Origin: an uncultured virus (IMG/VR IMGVR_UViG_3300037067_004081)
Lineage: Duplodnaviria > Heunggongvirae > Uroviricota > Caudoviricetes
Virus record (IMG/VR): IMGVR_UViG_3300037067_004081
Length of the DNA: 64,000 nucleotides
Direction: 5' to 3' (one strand)
Part shown: in pieces, positions 18,157 to 30,100 of the stretch
How the letters are laid out: each line of letters opens with the position of its first letter
Numbering within the stretch: position 1 is the stretch's first letter
Position numbers and translations under genes: made by a program
Notes under the pieces: generated by a model
Told to the model about the DNA's origin: nothing
What the model saw: only the letters and a program-made list of their open reading frames with translations
The model's database searches: none

Positions 18157-19987
18157 CATATAAGGAGAAATCAAAATGACAAAGGATGATAGAAGTGCAG
18201 CAATGCTTGTTGATAGATATGAGAGTGACCATGAAAGACTTGCCAACACCATCATGAACCTTTTCCCTGATTACCCAGGCAATGATGGCGAGACAGAAGG
18301 CACGATTGACTGCGCTATTCGGATCATCACAGCCTATAAGGAGAAATTGCGCAAGACTGATATCAGCAGGTGTGTTGCTGACTTCTATCAGACAAGGAAG
18401 AAACCCAGCCTGGGAGAAAAGCAGAGACAGCTGATTGATGCTATGGCAAAGCTGCTGGGATCATTCCAGGCAAATGGGGAAGAGCTGACGAATAAAAAAC
18501 GGCTGCAGGCCAGCTTGATGGGGGCTATAATAATGGATGTGGCGACCATGGCAGCAATCCTTGATGTAGACCTTTCAAAAGCCTGGGAAGAAGTCCAGAA
18601 GGCTATGAAAGAGGATGACAGTCAGAAAAACGGGTGAAACCGCTATTCTGACCGGCTATTTCCAGCCTGGATGCGGCTGGCGTACAACTTTTAGGCGTGT
18701 TTTAAGGCACAAAGCCATGCAAAGATGCCCACAAAAGCACTCTGGCCAAATAAAACGATAAAAAGATTGGCATAAAGCATGGCAGAAAGAAATCCACCTG
18801 TCCGAAAGTATCCAAAATCAGACAGGTTTCTGAAGGAGTTGTTGGACATTCTTGAGGAAGCAAACAGCGAATTGAGCGATGATGATTTTGAAGAGCTTCT
18901 GATTGATGCTGGAGCAGAGCTGAACAAATGGCTGAAGAGGTGGAAATGAATACAATCTATGCTTGTGAAGGTTGTCATAAATTGGCAAAGGAAGTTGAAA
19001 GATTGACTCTTGAACTTGCGGCGCTGAAAGGTGTGAAGGGCAAGAAGCAGGAAAGCAAAAGCTGGAGAGATTTGGATTTCATTTTCAGATATCTTAACAA
19101 ACATGCAAATGAATTGAAGGCCAATGATGCGGATTGGATCATCAAACTTGAAGAGAGATTCAGAGCGAATGATGATCTGTCCGAAAAGGAATCAAAGATT
19201 GTATCTGACATATTCAAGAGGTACTGACTATGATACCACTGGTGCTCAAAATCAAGATGAAAAAGAGTGCAGCCAACTGCATCCTGTATCTGTTCTGGAT
19301 GTCCCTGGTTGGAATTATAATTTATTCAATATCGAGTAAGTAAGGACTTCAATGCCAACTTATCTGCGCACAATTATGAAGCTTGTTATCAAAGAAGAGA
19401 ATGGTGATGTGGCAGTTCTTGGTGGTCTGAAGCATCCCAGAAAAAAGAAGGTTGGTCACTATTACTTGTCACCCTGTCATCATATTGTTAGCAAGCCTGT
19501 CCGTGATATCGGATCAAAGATTGGCAAGATCAAAAGGATGATTTGTATCTGGTGTGAATCTGGCGAAGCTGGGCCCAAATGGAGGAAGTTGCCGAAATGA
19601 ACATTCAAACAAAAGTCTATCTCAAGTGGAGTATGCTGCGGCATGATATCAGAAGGCGCATTTACAGGATCAAACTTGCGCTTTGCAAAGACATAGTGAA
19701 TGAAGAGATGGTGCAATGCCTGCATCCTGATTTCGGGTGGTATTGGCAGGAAGATGGTGATGGCCACCGGCTGCTGGAGCAGGCACACCAAGATGGAATT
19801 CAAGAAGGCAGAGTGCAGGCAATGAAGATTGTTGATGACAGCGTACTTGTCAAGGACAATCTGCTGCAGCTGGTCATCGAGCTGCGCAACAAACTCCTGA
19901 TCAAATATGAAGGACCAATTCCAGAGGGAATCGCGGCAGCAGAGCGGAAAGCGCTGTTGGATATTGATCTTGAAAATGGGAAATGAG

Positions 19988-20632
19988 ATGGATAATATCA
20001 AAAGAGTCTATGATGCCGCTGATGGACATGAGCGGAATTTTGGATTCAAATATTATGACTGGCAGAGAGGCATCCTGGCCAAAATTGCAGAAAATAATGA
20101 TCTGCCTGTGAGCGGTGTGGTTGCTGCCTTCTGTGCTCTGACTCCCAACAACAGTGAAAAGAATACCTATATCGCCCTGATGACCTGCATAGAAATTGTC
20201 AAGGGTAGAATCCCATTCAATCAGGGTACATCAGCATTCCCTAGAAACAAGAGGAAAGCTATTGTGCTGCTCTGCGGTGATCCTGTTCATAGAGTTCTGT
20301 CAGGACTGAAGGTGGTTTCATTCTATCACAACACTATGAATCCTGATTCAAACAAGCACGTGACAGTTGATGGGCATATGATCAACCTGATCAAAAATGA
20401 GAGGCTGCGGCTGACCTTCACCAGAAAGCTGGACCCAAAAATATATCAAGAGTATTCGAATCATATCAGGGCAGCAGCAAAAGAATTTGGCATCCCAGCT
20501 CCAAGGTTGCAGTCGATATTGTGGATGACTTGGAAACGGCTGAACAAGATACTCTGGACACCTCAACATGAATTTGATTTTATGCACCCTAGTGAGGCAA
20601 TGCAATGGAATATCCTAAATGGGAAGATATGA
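19988..20632 (+). CDS. Alpha-helical DNA-glycosylase-like phage protein
   Basis: KVVSFYHN...VTVDGHM...LQSILW pattern reminiscent of the HhH-GPD/OGG superfamily. Confidence 0.45.
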   Translation: MDNIKRVYDAADGHERNFGFKYYDWQRGILAKIAENNDLPVSGVVAAFCALTPNNSEKNTYIALMTCIEIVKGRIPFNQGTSAFPRNKRKAIVLLCGDPVHRVLSGLKVVSFYHNTMNPDSNKHVTVDGHMINLIKNERLRLTFTRKLDPKIYQEYSNHIRAAAKEFGIPAPRLQSILWMTWKRLNKILWTPQHEFDFMHPSEAMQWNILNGKI

Positions 20633-21745
20633 GCTATCCAATTGTCACACAGCACACGCACGCCTGTGTGTATTGTGGCAAGCGACAAATCTGTGAATAT
20701 CCTCCAAAGCCTTGCCTGAGAGTTGGGCCAAGAGTCTGCAGAGATTGTATCGGGCTGGATAAAGATCACCCAAAGATGAAATTGTATCATGTAAGAAAGC
20801 CACCCCAGAAGGTGGAATTCATCAGTGGCGAGACTCTTGCGCAGGTGGCAGAGCGATGCCGCAATGATAAGCATCATGGTTGCTTTTGTGGTTGTCACAT
20901 AGCAGAAATTGACGGCAATGATTGGACTCCAAAGGAGAGATGATATGGGATATCAATCAGGGAATGGTATGGATTCACCTTCAGCAGGCAAAGACAACAA
21001 TGGTGAAGATATTGATTATTCATCAAGAACCCCAACAGAAAGAGCTAAAAAATAAAAGAAGAAAATTGAATTGGCTGTTCGGCATGTTGAGTGCAAGAAA
21101 TATGATCCAAACAAACACAAGGATGCACCATTCATGACAGAGGTTGACAGAGGTGATAATTGTGTCACCCTGCGCTGTCTCAAGTGCAAGGATGAAATCA
21201 CCATAGAGGGCAGGGTGGATCTGATTCATTGTGCCTGGATTGATTCATCGAGAATAACTGGCAAGAAGAAGATTGCTGTTGTTTGTGGCAATCGTGATGA
21301 CTGGAACTATTGGCAACCAGAAAAAGGGGTTGGTGTCAAAAGAGACAACAACCGGATGATTCTTGACTGCCTTGAAACTACTTACTATGGGATTACAAGA
21401 GCACGGCAGGCTTGGGGAACAGAATTTGATTCTATGATGATTGTAGGTAAGCCTAGCAGTATCCTGATTGATGTTGTTCAGAGTAGGCTGCGATGAAATA
21501 TATTGTGCTTGATGATGGGGAAAGGGAGTTGCCAATCATCTTTCCTGATGATATGAATCATATTGATATAGCAACAGCCATCACCAATCTGGATGAGTAT
21601 AAGAGCTGCAGGCTGGTTGCTGGAGGGTTCATTCAGGTGGGGCCATCACTCTGCTCAGGGTCATCCAAGACTTTGGCAATCAACAGCAGGCCTGAAGACC
21701 AAGCACTGATAAATGGTTATGATTATTCACATGGCATCAAGGATT

Positions 21746-21839
21746 GCATTGATGATATTGATGTGATCTTGAAAGGCATTGATGATATTGATGTGATCTT
21801 GAAAGGCATTGATGATATTGATGTGATCTTGAAAGGCAT
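21746..21839 (+). repeat. Perfect 30-nt tandem repeat x3 (IDDIDVILKG)
   Basis: gcattgatgatattgatgtgatcttgaaag three times. Confidence 0.97.
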
Positions 21840-21857
21840 AGAATTCAAGAGGCCAAT

Positions 21858-22445
21858 ATGAAGACTGTTGATGATTTGATTGATGCCTGGCACCATGGTC
21901 AGACAGATAAACCATTGCCTGAATACTTGGGGATGACAGAAGAGCAATATGCAGATTTCATGGTCAATGGCCTTGGCTATCTGTACTGATATGAAGATCA
22001 ACAATACTCTGTTGGACTTGATGATGATGAGGAATATTCACAGCGCTTGCATATGATGAGGCTGGTGTGCAGGAAATTTGAGATTGTCAAGCGCACACCA
22101 AAGGGTGTGTGGATAAAGTTGCCTATGTCGAACCAAAAATTCATACTGTTGAATGCTCACAGGCGCTTTGCCTGTCCAACCAAGATGGAGGCTATACAAT
22201 CCTGCAGAGCCAGAAAGAATAAGTACAACCGGATTCTGCAGGGAAAGATTGACTATAATAATAGAGTGTTGATTGCCTGTGATCAGGAGTCATCTCGAAT
22301 AACAAAGGAGCAGGAAGATGCTGACAGAAAAAGAAAAGCGGCTGAAGATCCTTCTCAACAATCTCAAGGTTCATCACCAAGCCTACAAGAGGATAGAGAG
22401 GCAGTTGAAAGAACTCAGATTGAAGATGGTGGATATCAGATCTGA
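21858..22445 (+). pseudogene. Single reading frame interrupted by an in-frame TGA at 21987-21989
   Basis: ...GLGYLY*YEDQQYSV... continues in frame into RTPKGVWI...RRFACPT. Confidence 0.55.
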
Positions 22446-24882
22446 GTTGGTGAACGATTATGGCTTGGACCTTCCTGAACTTCCTGAGTCTCCAAGGACA
22501 TGAAAGGAGCAAATTTCATGAGCAAGAAAATAAGGGTGCTTGTGCCAAAGAATAAGAACAAATTGCCTGATTGGTATAAGAAGCTGGTCAAGGAAAATCG
22601 CGTGCCGTGGTATCAAAGATTGCACAGTCACTGGCGAGTGCTGGCCAGAAGGGTTCATATCGAATTCAAGAAAGAAGATTGCTGGATTGGCGTGTATTGG
22701 GAGCATGAGTGGATGACCTATAGAGGCAACCCAGACAAAAGAGAACGGTTGTTCACCAGTCTCTATATCTGCATCATTCCCTGTCTGCCAATCAAGATCA
22801 CATTTCTGTAAAGGAGAGCAGATGGTGACATATAGGGTTCATTTGACATACTTCAAAAAGTCTGGCAAGTATTATTGCACAGGCGAATATACATCCAACA
22901 AGGAACAGCTATTTGAAATCTGGCAGGAAGTCAGGGACATGAAAGGCGAACACCCAGGATTGGTTGGGTTGCATACTGATGGGCCCATAATGGTTGATAT
23001 CCCCAGTCACCCGCATTCCCACCCGCACTTGCTGATGCCGGCACCAGAAACAAGCAATATGAAAGTGATGTGGAATTTGTTGAATGATTCCAATGCTGCA
23101 ACCATGAGCATGAAATTCTATAAGAAGGATGGTGATGAAAGGCCATACAGATACATGCTCTTGGCTGAAGGGGAAGATGAGGTGCAGGAAATCATCGAAG
23201 CAGTAAGAAGGGTTGAGAACAGCTGGGAAAGTGATCAGGCTGGGATCACCATCAGCACGAAAGAGTAATTGCTATGAACGAAAGAGCAGAAGCAGTGATG
23301 GCGGCAAAGCGGCAGTACAATCAGCAAGTGAAAGATTACATGAAGGAACTCAGCATTGCTGCCAAGAAGGCGAAAGCTGCAAGAAAGGCTGCAGATGCTG
23401 AAATCAAAAAGGCTATTGATGAGTTGATCAGAAGCATCAAGGCTGCGTATGGGATAAAGTGATGGCCATTGATGATCAGTTCAAAGAGGATTCATTTGAT
23501 TTGATATTGAACACGCTGCGCAACATCGTGGAGTCAATTGATGACCTTGATGAGCTGTGGGACAAAGGCCAGCTGATCGGCAGCATGTTTGATGAACAGC
23601 AAGGGCTGTTGGAAGCTCGAATCAATGACAGGAAGAAACATGATAAGCAACAATCCAAAAACAATCGCAAGAATAAAAGAGCTGTTCTGGCAGATCAAGC
23701 CTGAGCACTATGAGATAAGCGGCTGCTGTATCATCTGGGCCATGGCAGTCATCAAAGCCTGTGTTGAACAAAATGAAAAGGTATTGATGCAGGCAGGAAG
23801 TTGCCAATGGCCAAGGATAACAAGAGAGCAGGATGATGGAGTGATGGCAACGCATTTTGGATATGTCTGGCAACCCAATCATCCAGCAACAGAATTGGCA
23901 ATTGCTGAACACAGGATACCAGAGATGCACTGCTGGGTGGTGCTGCCAGAGAGAAGAGAATTGATTGATATGTCATCCAGCAGCTTTCCAGAGCAGTGCA
24001 TGAAACTGATAGGAAAGGATTGGCCAGGAATCAAGCCACCTGATTATCTCTGGTGCAGCTTTGATAATCTGCCAAAGGATGTAATCTACAGGGCAGACAG
24101 GGAAGCAATAGATTTGGCCATCATTGTGGCAAGGAACATCCTTGAGCAGATATACATCAGCACCGGAATAAAAGAGCTGCAAAAGCAGAGAGCAAAAGAG
24201 GATCTCAGGGAAGGCATCAGAGAGATTAACCTGATCCCAGGAGTCTGATATGAATAAATTAAGCTGGAGGAAGGCTACCAGAGATGAAGCACGTGGATGG
24301 GGTTCATACATTGGTGGCTGGTGGCAAGATGAAGTCTATGTGTTAGCTGGTATTGATAAGTTGAAAGGAATTCGTTGCGCCAATGATCTAAAGTCTAGTG
24401 ATCTTCCTAAAGTTCCTGATGGCTTTCCAAGACCATTTATGGCAAATTGCAAATGGTGGACACATCTACCAAATAAGGGATTGAAGGAGAGTCACCCTGA
24501 ATGGTATGCAGAGCGGCTGGCATATTATTCAAGACCACCATTTGATGAATAGGAAGCTGATATGGCAGATATAATTGCAGGGATCATCGCTGCAGGATTG
24601 GCAATTGGTTTGCTGAGATATCTTGACAAACTTGATGGCGCTGATTGAAAGGAAATCAAATGATCAATGAGAACTATAAGCCCAGCATGAAGGCAGAGCT
24701 GCAGCCAAATGATGGAGTGATCAGAATAACAGCAGAGTATCTGGACAGCCTGCCAATATTCTCAGAGGCTGATCAAAACTATCTGCAAAACAATCTCGAA
24801 GGCATCTGCATTTGCCCAGGGATATATTGGTTGAAGGACACACCAAGAGTCAGAGAACTGCTGCAGTATAAAGGAGAAGAGA

Positions 24883-25104
24883 ATGAAACAGCCGAAAGCA
24901 ATCGACATGATCATCGAGATGCATCTGAATGTAAAGATAGTTGATGCTGATCACTGCCATCCTAGTTGTCCATTCTATAGGGTATCAGACTGGTGGTGCG
25001 ATGTATTCCGAAAGCATCTGAAGGTAAAGAGAGATGAAAATGGTGATCACATTGAAAGATATAATGAGTGCAAAGATGCAACCGCTGATTGCCAGAATCA
25101 CTAG
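24883..25104 (+). CDS. Small Cys/His-rich protein, paralog 1
   Basis: MKQPKAID...DHCHPSC...WC...ECK. Confidence 0.65.
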   Translation: MKQPKAIDMIIEMHLNVKIVDADHCHPSCPFYRVSDWWCDVFRKHLKVKRDENGDHIERYNECKDATADCQNH

Positions 25105-25122
25105 AGGATGGGAGAGAAGAGA

Positions 25123-25365
25123 ATGAAACGACCAAAAGCAATCAACATGGCAGTGAGGATACTGCTGCACGTAAAGATTGAAGATGATGATCATTGCCAT
25201 CCCAGGTGTCTGCACTATAGTGCATCTGCTGATTATTGCAAGGCATTCAAAAAGATCTTGAGAGTGAAACAGGAAAGGAATGGATTGAGCATCAAAAGAA
25301 CAAAAGAGTGCAGAGAGTCAGATCAATTCATCACAGATGAGGAACCGGCTGATGGAAAAGAATAG
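25123..25365 (+). CDS. Small Cys/His-rich protein, paralog 2
   Basis: MKRPKAIN...DHCHPRC...YC...ECR; duplicated gagaagagaatgaaac start context. Confidence 0.65.
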   Translation: MKRPKAINMAVRILLHVKIEDDDHCHPRCLHYSASADYCKAFKKILRVKQERNGLSIKRTKECRESDQFITDEEPADGKE

Positions 25366-26233
25366 AATCAAATATGCCATCAGCAAAGATCCTGACAAGG
25401 GATTCACGAGTGGCCCATTCAGCAGTCTGAAAGAAGCATTAGAGGAATATGGGAGAGAAGGAGACTGCATATATGAAATGGACAGCAGACAGCATAAGGC
25501 AGTAGCGCGATGGGATAGGATTGGATGGGTTGAAGTGGAGTAATCCCCAGACAGGATAAATGTGTTGGTAAGTTGCTAATGATAAGTTGGTATACCAAAA
25601 CCAATATTGTCAAATCATTATGGTGTTGCCAATAGGACAAGATGGAGCAATAATAATTGATGGTGGGGATAAAGGGAGTTGATATAGGGGTGAGAGGTTG
25701 GGAGAAAATGCACGCAAACCTTTACTGCACACGTGCTCGTAATCTCCCAACAAATAATTCAAGTTGAATGTCTTGACAGCTTCTCTGGCCTGTCCAACCA
25801 AAAAGAAAGAGGTGCAACGATGGTGAGAACAGAGAAGAGCAAACAGCTGGTCAAAAAATAATGTCCAAAAGAGTTGCTGGAGAGGCTATCCAGATATTCA
25901 ATAGAGGTGAGTGATGGAACAAATCAGTTATGAAGAGAAGCTTAATATTGTTGACATGTTGGCAGTCCATTCAAAGATGGCAGCGATGACTTTGCCAAAG
26001 TCTGGCCAGTGCACGGTTGGTGAAGAGACTGCAATAATGGACACAGAATATTTCAGGCAGTTGGCTGAATATGATTGCTCATTACCAACAGGAACATTCA
26101 TTGGCAAGAGATGGAAGCGCACTGTGTGCAGAACCAACAGAGTCGATCAATCATATTGGGTGATGGGCGAGTTTGTTTATATTGGCAGCACATCAGAAGT
26201 TGGAATCAAGTGGAGAAGGATTGAGGTGATTTA

Positions 26234-26995
26234 ATGGCAAAGCCATTCAGGAAACCGCCACCAAAGCCACTCAAGGCTCAGATGGCAGCAGCAGCAAAAC
26301 AACGGCTGAAGAATCTTGCCAAGGCCAGAGCTGTTCACAAGGCAAGCGGCAAGGGCAACAACTGCGGCAGATCACCCATTCAGAGGCAGCAGGATGACAT
26401 CATATTATCAAGAATGATAGATGAGGGTGCATCCTATGATGCTATGGGAAAGGCTCTTGGCCTATCAACGGGTCACGCCCACAGGGAAGCAAAGCGCATA
26501 CTGAATGCCCGATTAGAAGAGCAGGACAGCAACATAGAAGTACATCGCCAAAAGATGCTCAGTCACATTGATCACGTCTACAGAGAGGCCAACCAAGGCT
26601 GGCAAAGAAGTCAGGAAGACAAGCAGAGCATCGAGACAACAAAGCGGGTGGCTGACGCTATGGCCAAAGGCAACATCATCCCTACTGGACCAAATAAGGC
26701 AGGGAAGACAGCAAAGCTGGGACAGAAGAAATCAGAGGCAACCATTGTCAAGGTTGAAGGGCAGGTTGGTGATCCAAGGTTTCTGGCTGTCATGATAAAG
26801 TGCAAAGAGGTTGAAGCCAAACTGAGAGGATTGGAAGCACCTGCACAAGGCAAACCGGATGACATGTACAAAACCACAGAGGACACCAGAGCGCTTATCG
26901 AAAGCAGACTGCAATCCTTGTCCCACCCTGTCATGGTTGCCCAGCCACCAGATCCTGATGATGGACAGGAAGAAAAGAAAGAAACAATCAACTGA
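26234..26995 (+). CDS. Terminase small subunit (probable)
   Basis: HTH (GASYDAMGKALGLS) and GDPRFL...AKLRGLEAP motif typical of TerS. Confidence 0.65.
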   Translation: MAKPFRKPPPKPLKAQMAAAAKQRLKNLAKARAVHKASGKGNNCGRSPIQRQQDDIILSRMIDEGASYDAMGKALGLSTGHAHREAKRILNARLEEQDSNIEVHRQKMLSHIDHVYREANQGWQRSQEDKQSIETTKRVADAMAKGNIIPTGPNKAGKTAKLGQKKSEATIVKVEGQVGDPRFLAVMIKCKEVEAKLRGLEAPAQGKPDDMYKTTEDTRALIESRLQSLSHPVMVAQPPDPDDGQEEKKETIN

Positions 26996-27008
26996 TGCAT
27001 GGATATAA

Positions 27009-27128
27009 TATAGGATGAACATGGTGATTCTCCTGTATGGCTGGTGCACCTTATAGAAGGTGCTTCAATGTCTGATCTGCTGGCTGCTTTGGGCTTCCTT
27101 CACAGTCAGCAGTGTAAATTGACAGCCA
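27009..27128 (+). ncRNA. Candidate structured RNA or leader
   Basis: A 5' hairpin plus a branched four-helix structure just downstream of TATAAT (see findings). Confidence 0.35.
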
Positions 27129-27138
27129 GTTAAAAACT

Positions 27139-30100
27139 ATGAACAAGGAGAAGCGTATGCTGAGGCAATTGAAGCGGTTGTTATTGATCACAACAGCAGT
27201 TGGGTTCGGTGTTATCGCATTTCTGCTGATTGTTGTCCTGGCCAGCCTGAAACTGATCAGGACTTTGCTGCCTGCCATATCAACATTCTTCCTGCTTTGG
27301 TCAATATACGAGTTGACAGAAAAGCATGAGATGTGTTGCTTGATATCCCTGGGATATGCGGCTGTGTTCCTTTTGCTTGCTGCTGATGCAAAGTTGGATG
27401 AGATCAAAGGTGGCAAGGACAATCTGTCTGATATGATTGAAAGGGTTGTTGGATGGTTTGACAACAGGACAAAGGAGAAGACTAATGACCAACACGCTGG
27501 ACAGCCAGTATTACACGATGAGACACTGGCCAGAACGATTCAATAAGAAACAAAAGGCCATCATCTGGACATTCATCCTGATGAGAGGCATACTTTGGCG
27601 TGGTCCCTGGTGCATCACTGCCATGATTATAATCTTCCTGCTCTGCATCTGTACCTTCATGCTAACATTCCGATGGCAGGCTGCAGTTGATTGCTGGCAG
27701 AACAACCGATGATGCCCAGCGATTTGACCACACCAGAACAGCCAGAAGAGTACAACAACATTCTGGCCCAGTTCAAGTATGCAAAGAAGGGTGAAACAGT
27801 ATATCTGACCACCAGGCAGATAATGATCCTTTCCAAACACACCCAACACAACGCTCAACAAGTCAATGTCACAAGGCTGCTGCTTGATATAGCAAACCAG
27901 ACAGCATTTGGCCACCCGATAAAGGAGAGAAAATGAGAGCGCCAAAGAAGATGGATGTTGGCCAGACGATGCGCCACAAGATGGTGATGAAAGAGATTCA
28001 AGAGGAATATGAATCTGATGAATCCATCCACCAGGAAGCAAGAGAGAACAGCAGCGGCATAAGGTCATCCCAGATATCGGCGCTGGTGGCATACTTGATC
28101 AAAAAGGGTGTGATATGATCAGGCTTGAGATCTGGCTGCAGCCTTCCCGATGGAACCTGGCGCCAAGATATGATGACTGCAGCCGTGTGTATTCTGTCAG
28201 CTGGCTGATGTTCTGTGTTGAATGGTATTGGCCAGAAGGTGCTCCATGACAGAAGATGACAAGCTGAATGATGTGCTCAAAACAATCTATTGCACATGGT
28301 GCAAAAGGACTCCAAAGACAAAAGAAGAGTTGTTGTCATCATGGTTCATAAGCAGGATGGAAAAAGACAAGCACTTCTGCAGCGAGAATTGTGCCGCAAG
28401 AGAGTATGGCATCAATCTGCTATCCCAGCAAACCACAGTCAAGACTATCAAGAACAGAGATGGCAGCTTTGAGCACAAGGCTACATTCCAAGATCCTGTT
28501 GATGCCAGAATAACAGAGCAGGATCACCGGCTGTTGAAAGCTTACAATATCATTTGGCCAATAGATGGGTATAATATTCTCACAGGAGAAAAGGTGAGAT
28601 GAATCCATATTATGAAGCTTTGATAGAGATTGCAATAGCACTGGTGATTGTTGGTGTCATGGTCATCAGTCTGAAGATCAGGGAAAGAAGAAAGCAGAAG
28701 GTTGTCCACCCTGCACCAGTGCAACATGTAAATTGCCGCTGCACTTTGCCAACAGAACATGATGTCTATAAAAAGAGTTGTCACTGTGGTGGCCAACGTG
28801 AGGGAAGACCATGCCGCTGAATTCAAAGGACAGGGAAGTGCTGAGACACATCGAGCATGATGGCCTGAGCAATGCAAGCAGTGAAGCAACTAGAATTGCT
28901 CAGCTGGCAGGAGTCATCAAGCATCTCAGCATGCAGGTCAACAATCTGGAAAAGAAGCTGGAGAGAATCAATGACAACAGAGCAAGTGCTTGCACTGGTA
29001 AGGAAGCTGAACAAATCGCTGGAGCTGCAAAAGAAGTATTATCGCGTCAGGCCTGAGTTTGAATTTGCTGCGGTGTTGTCCCAGTCAGAGGATGTCATCA
29101 ACCTGGGCCCACTTCGAGTCACCAAATGTGTTGGTGGAACTGTTGAGAATGCTATCTGGCAGATCAATGATGAGTTGAATGAGTTCAAGGAAACCATTGA
29201 TGTTGCCAGCGATGCGGTTGGGGCATTGATCAAGGGGTTGAACAAGGCCAAGAAGAAACCTGCGTTCATCCCAGTCAAAAAGGAGAAACCATGAGGAATT
29301 GGATAGCAAGATTCATAGCATCACACCTGCCCAAGCGGGTGGTGCATCAGGCTGCAATCAGGATATGGGCATTCGGCACCACAGGCCAATACTCCAATCA
29401 GGAAGTGCCAGCATTGACCGTTGTTGAAGCAGCTTCACGATGGGACAAGGAATACAAAACCACATAAGGACTTGACATGCTTCTTAGAGTAACAGCCAAC
29501 CATTTCATTGCCGGCATCATAGTCAGACCTAAGAACAGAGGCAACAACTGCGCTCCAATTCTTTCATACATGTCAAGCTGGACAGTTGACAAGATCAAGG
29601 CATATTGCCTGCAGAAGGGTTGGAAGGTTGAGACCATACCAACAGGAGACTCCCATGGAAAAGGGAAACATCATAAAAAGTAATCCAATTGGTTCAAAGG
29701 ATACACCAGGGCCAATTCAAATATATGTCATCTATGATCACCCAAAGGATTACCCTGATCACTATGTAGTCAGGAGATGGTATGTGATGAGAGATGATAA
29801 CAGCCTGTATGCAGAAATCAGTCCAACCGCAGTCTGCACAACAAGAAAAGAGGCAAGGCTTGCCATCCCAGCAGGCTGTTACCCTGTTGATGCTCCTGCT
29901 GAATATGATCCTGTGATAATTGAAAGATGGATGAAGATATAAAATTATGATGCGAAATAGATTTGCGTTGTGTAACATCATATAGACTTCCCACGCTGGC
30001 CTGGACACCCAGCAAGGTGAATCTCCTTATCCGGCACCCCAGCTGCTTTTTGCGCAACTTAAAGCGGCTGGGGTGTTCGCATTTATAGAGGTGATTATGG

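Larger units (their letters stand above)
18176..26234 (+). other. Array of ~25 small, tightly packed hypothetical CDS (e.g. 18176-18637, 18779-18949, 18946-19227, 19597-19986, 20629-20943, 21493-21861, 22822-23268, 23640-24248, 25911-26234)
   Basis: Overlapping start/stop junctions and GGAG-type RBS; many Cys-rich; no family recognised. Confidence 0.6.

Noticed and set aside
21746..21839. 30-nt repeats as a CRISPR mini-array
   Set aside because: Repeats abut with no spacers, and no cas genes are present
27038..27128. Hammerhead ribozyme (CTGAT present)
   Set aside because: No CUGAnGA/GAAA core on either strand
27139..27546. Holin call for the hydrophobic ORF
   Set aside because: No adjacent endolysin recognised; hydrophobicity alone is insufficient
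29983..30030. HDV-like ribozyme or tRNA
   Set aside because: P1/P3 pairings and the cloverleaf/T-loop could not be built
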